Origin: an uncultured Dehalococcoidia bacterium
GTDB lineage: Bacteria; Chloroflexota; Dehalococcoidia; Lucifugimonadales; UBA2962
Length of the DNA stretch: 64,000 bases
NCBI GenBank assembly: GCA_964637315.1
Contig: CAZWTT010000001.1
Location: forward strand, 6,939-70,938
Direction: 5' to 3'
Program-made: the position numbers and the translations under genes
Shown: positions 37,576 through 46,192 of the stretch, piece after piece
Layout of the letters: every line of letters begins with the position of its first letter
How positions within the stretch are numbered: the first letter of the stretch is position 1
Notes under the pieces: model-generated
What the model saw: the letters and a program-made list of their open reading frames with translations, nothing else
Told to the model about the DNA's origin: nothing
The model's database searches: none

Positions 37576-37708
37576 GGTTTTTGGGTCCGAGGAGGGCCCG
37601 GCACGGCGGTAAGGGGTACTTCTCCATGCGCTCCCGGCTGACTTGGGTCGCCTTGGCGAAGGCGCCGCATCGCTGAATCTGTGAGAACCACCCCAAGGAG
37701 GCGGACCA
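37576..37708 (+). promoter_or_regulatory. Structured 5' leader enclosing the ribosome-binding site (candidate riboswitch or attenuator)
   Basis: GGUCCG 37584-89 pairs with CGGACC 37702-07. GGGGU 37613-17 pairs with ACCCC 37690-94. There is a CGCCUU/AAGGCG hairpin at 37649-64, and two CUCC anti-SD elements oppose SD AAGGAGG at 37695-701. Confidence 0.3.
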
Positions 37709-38581
37709 TTGAAGTGGATCGATTATCACAGGCCCACGTCCGTCGATGAAGCCGTAGGGCTGCTGAGCCGGTACAACGGGAAGGCCCGAATAATGGCCGG
37801 CGGTACCGACCTTCTCGTTCAATTACGGGTAGGCCGGTACGAGCTTGATGCGGTCATCGACGCTAAGCACATCGGCGAACTGAACGAACTCAAGTACGAC
37901 CCGTCCGGCGGCCTGACGCTTGGGGCGGCGGTGCCCTGTTTCAAGGTGTACGGTAACAAAGCCGTGGCCGCGGCTTATCCAGGGTTGATGGACTCGGCGA
38001 CGCTGATCGGAGGCGTCCAGATCCAGGGCCGAGCGAGTCTTGGAGGCAACCTGGTCAACGCGGCTCCGAGCGGCGACAGTATTCCCTCGCTGATCGCCCA
38101 CAGCGCCGTGGCGAGGGTCGTCGGCTCCAAGGGCGCGCGGGAAATTCCGGTCGAGGAGGTCTGCACCGGCCCCGGACAGACCCAGTTGGCCGATGACGAG
38201 ATACTGGTGTCCATACACGTGCCCGCCCCCTCCAAGGGATTCGGGGCACGCTACGTAAGATTCACTCCAAGGAACGAGATGGACATCGCCGTTGTAGGCG
38301 CGGGCGTCTCGGTGGTCCTGAGCAACGGAACCATCGAATCGGCGAAGGTAGCCCTCTCCGCGGTCGCGCCCACCCCCCTGTTCGTCGAGGCCGCCGGTGC
38401 GGCCCTGGCCGGCAAGGATCCCACAGACGCCAATATCCAGGCCGCGGCGAACGCGGCGAAAGACGCCGCCACCCCGATTACGGACATGCGCGGCACAGTC
38501 GAGTACCGAAAGCACCTCTGCGAGGTCCTCACCCGCAGGGCGCTTCACACCGCCATTGAGCGCGCGCGGGAGGCCAAGTAG
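37709..38581 (+). CDS. Molybdenum-hydroxylase FAD-binding (medium, CoxM/XdhB-like) subunit
   Basis: 290 aa; …ARIMAGGTDLLVQLR… and …GGVQIQGRASLGGNLVNAAPSGD… are FAD-binding-5 domain motifs. Confidence 0.85.
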   Translation: MKWIDYHRPTSVDEAVGLLSRYNGKARIMAGGTDLLVQLRVGRYELDAVIDAKHIGELNELKYDPSGGLTLGAAVPCFKVYGNKAVAAAYPGLMDSATLIGGVQIQGRASLGGNLVNAAPSGDSIPSLIAHSAVARVVGSKGAREIPVEEVCTGPGQTQLADDEILVSIHVPAPSKGFGARYVRFTPRNEMDIAVVGAGVSVVLSNGTIESAKVALSAVAPTPLFVEAAGAALAGKDPTDANIQAAANAAKDAATPITDMRGTVEYRKHLCEVLTRRALHTAIERAREAK

Positions 38582-39070
38582 ATGTCCGGCAAGAAGGTAC
38601 ACGTAACGACGACGATCAACGGAGAGGCCGTGGAGTTCCTCTGCGAGCCACGACAAAGTCTATTGGAGGTCCTGCGGGACGTCGTGCAACTCACCGGCTC
38701 GAAAGAGGGTTGCAACGACGGTAACTGCGGTGCTTGCACGGTCAATCTGGACGGCAGGATAGTCGATAGCTGCCTGGTCCTCGGCGTCGAGGCCGAGGGC
38801 GCAAACATTGGGACGGTCGAGGGCATCGCTTCTCCGGACGGACTGCACCCTATCCAGCAGGCGTTCCTAGAGCACGCCGCCCTGCAGTGCGGCATCTGCA
38901 CGCCGGGCTTCCTCGTAGCCTCCAAGGCTCTGCTTGAAAAGGAGCCTAACCCGTCGGAGGAGCGCATTCGCATGTGGCTCGCCGGCAACCTGTGTCGTTG
39001 TACCGGCTACGACAAGATCGTACGCGCGGTGATCGACGCGGCGAGCCGAATGTCGGGTGCGGCAGCCTGA
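38582..39070 (+). CDS. Molybdenum-hydroxylase [2Fe-2S] (small, CoxS-like) subunit
   Basis: 162 aa with cluster motifs CNDGNCGACTV and CGICTPGF…NLCRCTGY. Confidence 0.9.
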   Translation: MSGKKVHVTTTINGEAVEFLCEPRQSLLEVLRDVVQLTGSKEGCNDGNCGACTVNLDGRIVDSCLVLGVEAEGANIGTVEGIASPDGLHPIQQAFLEHAALQCGICTPGFLVASKALLEKEPNPSEERIRMWLAGNLCRCTGYDKIVRAVIDAASRMSGAAA

Positions 39071-39179
39071 TTTGGTGGATATTAGACCAAACGAGTAAAG
39101 AATTGCTCGGAGGAGAGAGCGTCGACGCAGTCGAGGCGGAAGTGGCCCCGGCGGGGCCCAAGCTAGTACAGGGGAGACG

Positions 39180-41483
39180 ATGACAACCACCTACGAGCCA
39201 AACCAGGTTCTTTCGAATCAGTCCTTCAACGTGGTCGGGACCCGGCCGATTCGGCACGACGGCGCCGACAAGGTCACGGGCCGGGCCAAGTACGGCGCCG
39301 ACTACACGGCCGTGGGATTGCTACACGCCAAGACGTTGCGCAGTCCCCACGCCCACGCTCGAATCAAGTCGGTCGACACGTCCAAGGCCGAGGCGCTTGC
39401 CGGGGTAAGAGCCGTTGTTACGTCAAAGGACTTCCCGCCAGCCAAGGACACCGCCGACTTCGGTCTGGGCGGACAGCCGATGGACAGGTTCCGGGGCAAT
39501 CTGCTGGCTGGCGACAAGGCGCTTTACCGGGGCCATGCGATCGCCGCAGTGGCGGCCACCAACCCTCATATAGCGGAAGAGGCGGTCGGGTTGATCGAGG
39601 TGGACTACGAAGTGCTGCCAGCCATACTAACGGCTCCGGAAGGCATGGCCGACGACGCTCCCATCCTCATACCCGACCTGACCACCCAGGAGTTCGGCAA
39701 CGACACCGGTCGCAACTCCAACATCGCCGACCATTTCCAGCACAAGTTGGGCGACATTGACAAGGGTTTCGCCGACGCCGACGTGGTGGTGGAACGCACC
39801 TTTGACACCAAGACCGTGCACCAGGGCTACATCGAGCCTCACAACGTGACGGCGCTTTGGAACGACGACGATCGTATCCACGTGTACTGCAGTACCCAGG
39901 GCTCGTTCACGGTTCGGGCGGCGATTTCCGAAGCCTTGGCGATCCCCGTCTCCAAGATCAGATGTACGCCGATGGAGATCGGCGGTGGCTTCGGGGGGAA
40001 GATCGCTGTTTACAGTGAACCGGTTGCCGCGATGCTCTCCAAAAAGGCAGGCCACAGGCCGGTGAAGATGGTCATGTCAAGGTCCGAGGTCTTCGAGGGC
40101 ACGGGCCCAACCAGCGGCTCGCACATGATTATCAAGATGGGCGCCACCAAGGACGGCAAGATAGTCGCAGCCCTGGCCGACCTGCAAATGGAGGCGGGTG
40201 CATACCCCGGCTCTCCCGTGGGAGCGGCGGCCATGTGTATCTTTTCCGCCTACGACGTGGACAACGTCGTGATCGACGGCTACGACGTCGTGGTCAACAA
40301 GCCCAAGGCGGGCGCCTACCGGGCACCCGGGGCGCCCAACGCGGCGTTCGCGGCCGAGCAAGTGGTCGACGAACTGGCGCAGAGGTTGGGTATCGACCCC
40401 TTGGAGCTTCGCCTGAAAAACGCGGCCAAAGAGGGGGTCCGCCGTCCGGACGGACCCGTCCACCCGCGTATCGGCTGTGTCGAGGTGCTGGAGGCCATGC
40501 GCGACCATGACCACTACAGTTCACCCATCGCCCCCGCTAGGCGCGGCGGCAATACCGGGCGCGGGGTGGCCGTTGGGTACTGGTTTAACATCGGCTTCGC
40601 CTCCGCGTGCAACATCGCCGTCAACAACGACGGCACCGTCAACCTGATAGAAGGCTCCACCGACATCGGCGGAAGCAGGGCTTCCATCGCTATGCAGGCG
40701 GCCGAGGTGCTCGGAATCGCGGCTGAGGAGGTCATTCCCCAGGTCGTGGACACCGACTCCATCGGATACACAGCCATCACCGGCGGCAGCCGGACTACCT
40801 TCGCCACCGGTTGGGCGGCCTACGAGGCGGCCCAAGACGTAAAGCGGCAGGTCGTCGAGCGAGCGGCCCAGATCTGGGGCGTGGAGCCCGACTCGGTGGA
40901 GATGCAAGACGGGGTCGTTCGCTCCAAGACTGACACCGAGCTGAACATGACGTTCAAGGAACTGGCTGGGCAGATCAACGACACCGGAGGACCCATCGTC
41001 GGTCGCGCGGCGGTCGACCCCGCCGGGGCCGGTGGTTCCTACTCCGGCCAGATCGTCGACGTCGAGGTGGATCCGGAGACGGGCAAGACCGACGTGTTGC
41101 GATTCACCATTGTCCAGGATGCGGGCAAGGCCATCCACCCCGCCTACGTCGAGGGCCAGATGCAAGGCGCCGCCGCCCAGGGCATCGGTTGGGCGCTGAA
41201 CGAGGAGTACTATTACTCCGAGGACGGCAAAATGGACAATGCCAGCTTCCTCGACTATCGCATGCCGACCACCCTCGACCTGCCCATGATTGATACGGTC
41301 ATCGTCGAGGTCGCCAACCCGGGCCATCCGTTCGGGGTCAGAGGCGTAGGCGAGGCCCCCATCGTCTCGCCGCAAGCCGCGGTGGCCAACGCCATCGCGG
41401 ACGCCACGGGCCTGCGCATGGCCTACCTTCCGATCAACTCCACGGCAATAATGGAGGCGAGCTGGGTCGAAGGTGCGAGCTAG
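39180..41483 (+). CDS. Molybdopterin-binding large subunit, xanthine-dehydrogenase/aldehyde-oxidase family, paralogue 1
   Basis: 767 aa; …RPIRHDGADKVTGRAKYGADY…, …GGGFGGK…, …AGAYRAPGAPN…, …VRGVGEAPI…. Confidence 0.9.
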   Translation: MTTTYEPNQVLSNQSFNVVGTRPIRHDGADKVTGRAKYGADYTAVGLLHAKTLRSPHAHARIKSVDTSKAEALAGVRAVVTSKDFPPAKDTADFGLGGQPMDRFRGNLLAGDKALYRGHAIAAVAATNPHIAEEAVGLIEVDYEVLPAILTAPEGMADDAPILIPDLTTQEFGNDTGRNSNIADHFQHKLGDIDKGFADADVVVERTFDTKTVHQGYIEPHNVTALWNDDDRIHVYCSTQGSFTVRAAISEALAIPVSKIRCTPMEIGGGFGGKIAVYSEPVAAMLSKKAGHRPVKMVMSRSEVFEGTGPTSGSHMIIKMGATKDGKIVAALADLQMEAGAYPGSPVGAAAMCIFSAYDVDNVVIDGYDVVVNKPKAGAYRAPGAPNAAFAAEQVVDELAQRLGIDPLELRLKNAAKEGVRRPDGPVHPRIGCVEVLEAMRDHDHYSSPIAPARRGGNTGRGVAVGYWFNIGFASACNIAVNNDGTVNLIEGSTDIGGSRASIAMQAAEVLGIAAEEVIPQVVDTDSIGYTAITGGSRTTFATGWAAYEAAQDVKRQVVERAAQIWGVEPDSVEMQDGVVRSKTDTELNMTFKELAGQINDTGGPIVGRAAVDPAGAGGSYSGQIVDVEVDPETGKTDVLRFTIVQDAGKAIHPAYVEGQMQGAAAQGIGWALNEEYYYSEDGKMDNASFLDYRMPTTLDLPMIDTVIVEVANPGHPFGVRGVGEAPIVSPQAAVANAIADATGLRMAYLPINSTAIMEASWVEGAS

Positions 41484-41519
41484 GAGGCGGTCCGGGCGGG
41501 CCCGGATCGGCCGGAGTAG

Positions 41520-41876
41520 ATGGCAACGGTCTTCATACCATCACTCATGCAGGATCTGACGGATGGTGAAAAGACCGTCGAGGTGCCCGGTGGCACGGTG
41601 CGTGAGATCGTCAACGGCCTGGAGGGCAAATACCCTGGAGTGAAGGACCGCCTGATGGACGGCTTTCGTCTGAAGGGAAACATTAACGTTGCGGTAGATG
41701 GCGAGATCAGCCCCGTAGGTGTCCTCGGCGAGGTCGGAGAGAGTAGCGAGGTGCATTTTCTGCCCGCGATAGCTGGCGGGTCACTGCGTGATAGCGAATG
41801 CCAGCCCGTATCGACCATCAGTCTTTTCAGGCGGTCGCGGGCCGGCGCGGAGCATTACTACGGGGAGAAGCTATGA
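41520..41876 (+). CDS. ThiS/MoaD/CysO-family beta-grasp sulfur-carrier protein with a 31-codon extension after Gly-Gly
   Basis: MATVFIPSLMQDLTDGEKTVEV…KYPGVKDRLMDG…VHFLPAIAGG (GG at 41775-41780). The frame stays open to TGA 41874-41876, which overlaps the next ATG. Confidence 0.7.
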   Translation: MATVFIPSLMQDLTDGEKTVEVPGGTVREIVNGLEGKYPGVKDRLMDGFRLKGNINVAVDGEISPVGVLGEVGESSEVHFLPAIAGGSLRDSECQPVSTISLFRRSRAGAEHYYGEKL

Positions 41877-44179
41877 CCACTATTTACGAGCCGAACGTCG
41901 TACTGGCCACCGACGAATACAACGTCGTCGGGACTAGGCCCATCCGTCCCGACGGCGCGGACAAGGTGACCGGCAAGGCCAAGTACGGTGCCGACTACAA
42001 CGCCACCGGGCTACTGTACGCCAAGGTGCTGCACAGTCCGCATGCCCATGCCCGCATCAAGTCGATAGACACCTCCAAGGCGGAGGCGTTTCTCGGCGTG
42101 GCGGCGGTGGTGACCGGCGCCGACATGCCCACCACTAGGGAGTCCGACCCGGCCGACTTCGGCCTCGGCCCTCAGCCGATGAAGTACCTGCGCAACAACG
42201 CCATCGCCAGGGGCAAGGTCCTCTATAGCGGCCATGCGGTGGCCGCCGTTGCTGCCGTCAACACCCACGTGGCGGAAGAGGCTATGGGTCTGATCGAGGT
42301 GGATTACGAAGTCTTGCCGTCCGTCCTGACGGTGCAGGATGCGATGAAGGACGACGCGCCGGTTCTGCACGACGATCTGTTCACCACCGAGTTCGGCAAT
42401 AAGACCGACCGTAACACCAATATCGCCAACCACTTCCAACACAAGATGGGCGATCTGGAGAAGGGCTTCGCCGAGGCCGACGTGGTAGTGGAACGCGAGT
42501 TCGACACCGCCACCGTCCACCAGGGCTACATAGAGCCCATGAACGTCACCGCGCTGTGGAACGACGACGACCGGGTGCACGTGTGGATGAGCACTCAGGG
42601 CCCGTTCCAGTTCCGCGACGCCATCGCGATAGCCCTGGAACTGCCCCAGTCGCAGGTTAAGGTGACGCCGATGGAGATCGGCGGCGGATTCGGCGGCAAG
42701 TTCCCCCTGTACCACGAGATCGCTGCGGTCCTGCTGTCCAAGAAGGCGGGTCGCCCGGTCAAGATCGCGATGACTCGCAAAGAGGCCTTCGAGAGTTCGG
42801 GGCCGACCTCTGGCTCGCATATGCGCATGAAGATCGGTGCGACCAAAGAGGGTAAAATCACCGCTGCCGAGACCGAGTTGATCTTCGAAGCGGGGGGCTT
42901 CCCCGGTTCGCCGGTGGACGCCGGGGCGATGTGTGTGTTCTCGGCCTATGACATTCCCAATGTCGTTATCGACGGCTACGACGTCGTCGTCAACAAGCCG
43001 AAGACAGCGGCCTATCGGGCTCCCGGCGCGACGCATGCGGCGATGGCGGCCGAGACGGTGGTGGACGAGTTGTGTGAAAAGCTTGGTCTCGACGTTCTCG
43101 ACTTCAGGCTGCAAAACTGCGCCAAGGAGGGCACACGACGAGCGGACGGCCCGGTGAACCCAAAGATCGGCGGTTTGGAGACCCTGGAGGCGGTCAAGGC
43201 CCACGCGCACTGGAACGCTCCTCTCACCCCCGCCAAGCGCGGCGGCAAGGTTGGTAGGGGAATCGCCCTCGGCTACTGGTTCAATGCCGGTATGCAGTCG
43301 GCCGCCACCATCAGCGTCAACGGTGATGGGACCATCAACCTGGTTGAGGGCTGTCCCGACATCGGTGGTAGCAGGGCCTCCATCGCCATGCAGGCGGCTG
43401 AGGTGCTCGGTATCAGCGCCGAGGAGGTCAACCCGCAGGTAGTGGACACCGACTCCATCGGTTTCACCTTCGGCACCGGCGGCTCGCGCACCACGTTTGC
43501 GACGGGCTGGGCGGCCTATGAGGCGGCCAACGACGTCAAGCGTCAACTGGTCGATAGGGCGGCCAAGATCTGGGGCGTCGACCCCGATTCGGTGGAGATG
43601 GCGGAAGGTATGGTCCGTTCCAAGACCGACACCGAGCTGAACATGACATTTAAGGCCCTTTCGGCCCAGCTCAACGACACCGGCGGCCCGATCGTCGGTC
43701 GCGGTGCCGTGAATCCGTCCGGCGTGGGCGGCGCCTTAGCCGCAACCGTAGCCGATGTAGAAGTAGACCCGGAGACGGGCAAGGTCGACTTGCTTCGTTT
43801 CACCATCGCTCAGGACGCCGGCAAGGCCGTCCACCCCGCCTATGTCGAGGGACAGCTACAGGGAGGAGCCGCGCAGGGCATTGGGTGGGCTCTGAACGAG
43901 GAGTACTATTACTCCGAGGACGGTCGCTTGGACAACCCCACGTTCCTGGACTACCGTATTCCGACTGCCCTCGACTTGCCGATGATCGACACCATCGTCG
44001 TCGAGGTGCCCAACCCCGGCCATCCGTACGGTGTCCGCGGCGTGGGTGAGGTCTGCATCGTGCCGCCACCGGCGGCGCTGGCAAACGCCATCCACGACGC
44101 CGTCGGAGTGCGCATGGACGTACTTCCAATGAACCCCGCAGCGGTCATGAGCGCCCTGTGGAAGCAGGGTGGCTCCTAG
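41873..44179 (+). CDS. Molybdopterin-binding large subunit, paralogue 2
   Basis: ATG 41873 gives MTTIYEPNVV…, parallel to paralogue 1 (MTTTYEPNQV…), and the two are colinear throughout. …TAAYRAPGATH…, …VRGVGEVCI…. Confidence 0.9.
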   Translation: MTTIYEPNVVLATDEYNVVGTRPIRPDGADKVTGKAKYGADYNATGLLYAKVLHSPHAHARIKSIDTSKAEAFLGVAAVVTGADMPTTRESDPADFGLGPQPMKYLRNNAIARGKVLYSGHAVAAVAAVNTHVAEEAMGLIEVDYEVLPSVLTVQDAMKDDAPVLHDDLFTTEFGNKTDRNTNIANHFQHKMGDLEKGFAEADVVVEREFDTATVHQGYIEPMNVTALWNDDDRVHVWMSTQGPFQFRDAIAIALELPQSQVKVTPMEIGGGFGGKFPLYHEIAAVLLSKKAGRPVKIAMTRKEAFESSGPTSGSHMRMKIGATKEGKITAAETELIFEAGGFPGSPVDAGAMCVFSAYDIPNVVIDGYDVVVNKPKTAAYRAPGATHAAMAAETVVDELCEKLGLDVLDFRLQNCAKEGTRRADGPVNPKIGGLETLEAVKAHAHWNAPLTPAKRGGKVGRGIALGYWFNAGMQSAATISVNGDGTINLVEGCPDIGGSRASIAMQAAEVLGISAEEVNPQVVDTDSIGFTFGTGGSRTTFATGWAAYEAANDVKRQLVDRAAKIWGVDPDSVEMAEGMVRSKTDTELNMTFKALSAQLNDTGGPIVGRGAVNPSGVGGALAATVADVEVDPETGKVDLLRFTIAQDAGKAVHPAYVEGQLQGGAAQGIGWALNEEYYYSEDGRLDNPTFLDYRIPTALDLPMIDTIVVEVPNPGHPYGVRGVGEVCIVPPPAALANAIHDAVGVRMDVLPMNPAAVMSALWKQGGS

Positions 44180-44213
44180 CCGTCCGATACATACGATAAC
44201 GGTTCGACCGCAA

Positions 44214-44247
44214 GGGGGGCCGGGGCATCGTCCCGGCTCCCCGTTTT
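44214..44247 (+). terminator. Rho-independent terminator after the Mo-hydroxylase operon
   Basis: 11-bp GC-rich stem (44214-44224 pairs with 44232-44242, one G-U) with a 7-nt loop, followed by GUUUU. Confidence 0.6.
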
Positions 44248-44262
44248 CACGCAGGAGCGCAG

Positions 44263-45192
44263 ATGTCTAGCAACGGCTACAGCGGGGTGATCACGCCGCT
44301 TCTCACACCCATTTCCGCCGACGAGCGGGTGCACGAATCCTCCCTACGCAGCCTTGTTGACTACCAGCTCGACAACGGTGTCTCCGGCCTCTGGGTCTCG
44401 GGTACCACGGCCGAGTTCGCCTCACTGTCCGAGTCCGAGCGCATTGCTGGTATCGAGATCGTGATCGACCAGGCGGCGGGTCGCGTCCCAGTTATCGCCA
44501 ACATAACCATGCCAGGCACCGTCCTCACCATCGATCTGGGCCGCAAAGTGGCCGGCAAGGTCAGGGCGGTGGCGGCCACGCCACCCTACTATTACCCTCA
44601 CTCTCAGGAAGAGTTGAAGATACACTACCGGTGTATCCGAGAGGCGCTGGACGCCCCGGTATGGGTCTACAACATTCCCCAGATGCACAAGACCGCCGTG
44701 GCCCCGGCCACCGTGGCCGACCTCGCCGACGAGGGCGTCGTCGAGGGCATCAAGGACAGCTCCGGAGCGGGCGAGTTGCTGGCCGAGTTGCACGCGCTTC
44801 GCACCGTTCGCGAGTTCGAGTTGGTGTCGACCCTGGGAACCATGCTGCGCGCAACCACCGCGGTGACGCTCGGCGCCCAGGGCATCATCCCAGGCCTGGC
44901 GAACGCCCTCCCGGCCATCATGGCCCGTGCCTGGGAGGCCGGGCGGATCGGCGACGTCGAGACGGCCCGTGCATGCGACGCTCAGATAGTGGCCGGCCTG
45001 AGATTGCAGACGCTTGGTAAGAGCGGCAGTGGGGTTCAGGGCTCGGTCTACTCCGGTTTGAAAGCCGCCCTTTTGCATATGGGCGTTATCAAGACCGATC
45101 ACGTCACGGCGCCCTTCAAGCCTCTGACCGACGAAGAGCGAGGGCAGATTCCCGGCATCCTCGCGGGATTGGGCCTCGGTAAGAGTCGGTAG
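44263..45192 (+). CDS. DapA-family class I aldolase (dihydrodipicolinate synthase / N-acetylneuraminate-lyase-like)
   Basis: …GVITPLLTP…VSGLWVSGTTAEFASLS…, …YNIPQ…, …GIKDSSG (Schiff-base Lys region). Confidence 0.85.
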   Translation: MSSNGYSGVITPLLTPISADERVHESSLRSLVDYQLDNGVSGLWVSGTTAEFASLSESERIAGIEIVIDQAAGRVPVIANITMPGTVLTIDLGRKVAGKVRAVAATPPYYYPHSQEELKIHYRCIREALDAPVWVYNIPQMHKTAVAPATVADLADEGVVEGIKDSSGAGELLAELHALRTVREFELVSTLGTMLRATTAVTLGAQGIIPGLANALPAIMARAWEAGRIGDVETARACDAQIVAGLRLQTLGKSGSGVQGSVYSGLKAALLHMGVIKTDHVTAPFKPLTDEERGQIPGILAGLGLGKSR

Positions 45193-45293
45193 TATCCGGA
45201 TCGGGCCTGAGGTCGGGTTATAATCGGGTCAGACCCGCGACCCCGAATTGGTCTGGACGCGGATTGGCGGTACAGGCGGGCACCAGGAGTTAT

Positions 45294-46112
45294 ATGAGCG
45301 ACGAAGAGTTCAACTTCGCGGCATTTTCCAGCAACCCCTTCTACCAGAAACTCACCGACAAGCTCATTGAGCTTGCCGAAGTCAAGAACGGCGAGCGCAT
45401 CGTCGACTTGGCCTGCGGCACCGGCCTGGTCACCCGTCGCATCATCGCCAACCTGCGAGACGCCCGCGACACGGTGATTATCGGAGTCGACCATTCGGCG
45501 ACCGCCCTGAAGCAGGCCGTAACCGACCTCAAGGACGTTCGCGAAACCGCGGTCATGTTCGTGCACAGCCAGGTCGAGAACGTCTCCGACGCGATAAAGG
45601 ATAAGGTGGACGTCGTCTTTTTCTGCAACGCTATCCACTACGTCCCCGACAAGGGCGAGTTGCTGGACCGCATCGCCGGCGCCATCAAGCCGGGCGGCAA
45701 GCTGGTCTTTAACACCTCCTTCTACGACGGGCCGGTCGACGAGGAGACCCGGCTCTTTTTCCGCAAGTGGATGTTTAAGGCGCAGCGCACACTTCGCCGA
45801 GAGCACGGCCTGTCGATCCAGCGACTGGAGAAGGTCGAGTCGCGTAAGCAGCTAACGGCGCAGGAGTACCGGGACCTCCTCGAAGATCACGGCTTCAAGA
45901 TAGCGAAGGAAAAGATCGACGCGGTCAAGGTGCCCCTGCAGGGGTGGCTGGACATCTCGTCGTTCTCCGACTTCATCGAAGGCGCCATGCCGGGCGTACC
46001 TCTCGATAAGGCCAGCGAAGCGCTGAAAAAGGCCGTCCGGGAGACCTTCGACGAGATGAAGATCACTTACACAACCCGCAACTGGCTCGACGTAGTAGCC
46101 GTCCGGGTCTAG
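45294..46112 (+). CDS. Class I SAM-dependent methyltransferase
   Basis: SD AGGAG before ATG 45294; motif I IVDLACGTG. Confidence 0.75.
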   Translation: MSDEEFNFAAFSSNPFYQKLTDKLIELAEVKNGERIVDLACGTGLVTRRIIANLRDARDTVIIGVDHSATALKQAVTDLKDVRETAVMFVHSQVENVSDAIKDKVDVVFFCNAIHYVPDKGELLDRIAGAIKPGGKLVFNTSFYDGPVDEETRLFFRKWMFKAQRTLRREHGLSIQRLEKVESRKQLTAQEYRDLLEDHGFKIAKEKIDAVKVPLQGWLDISSFSDFIEGAMPGVPLDKASEALKKAVRETFDEMKITYTTRNWLDVVAVRV

Positions 46113-46192
46113 GAAGGCTCTCCGCGGGGCAAAACCCCGCTCGTCAAGGTTTCTTCGCGCAAAGCCGCTCATCGCTTTGGCAAATCACAGGG

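Noticed and set aside
39180-44179. Calling the Mo-hydroxylase operon an aerobic carbon-monoxide dehydrogenase (coxMSL).
   Set aside because: Both large subunits read AYRAPGA at the active-site loop, which matches neither the form I (VAYRCSFR) nor the form II (AYRGAGR) motif. No coxDEF-type accessory genes are present.
46124-46140. GC hairpin GCGGGG-CAAAA-CCCCGC between the convergent methyltransferase and tdh genes, considered as a bidirectional terminator.
   Set aside because: The stem is only 6 bp and there is no convincing U-tract on either strand, so I did not list it as a feature.
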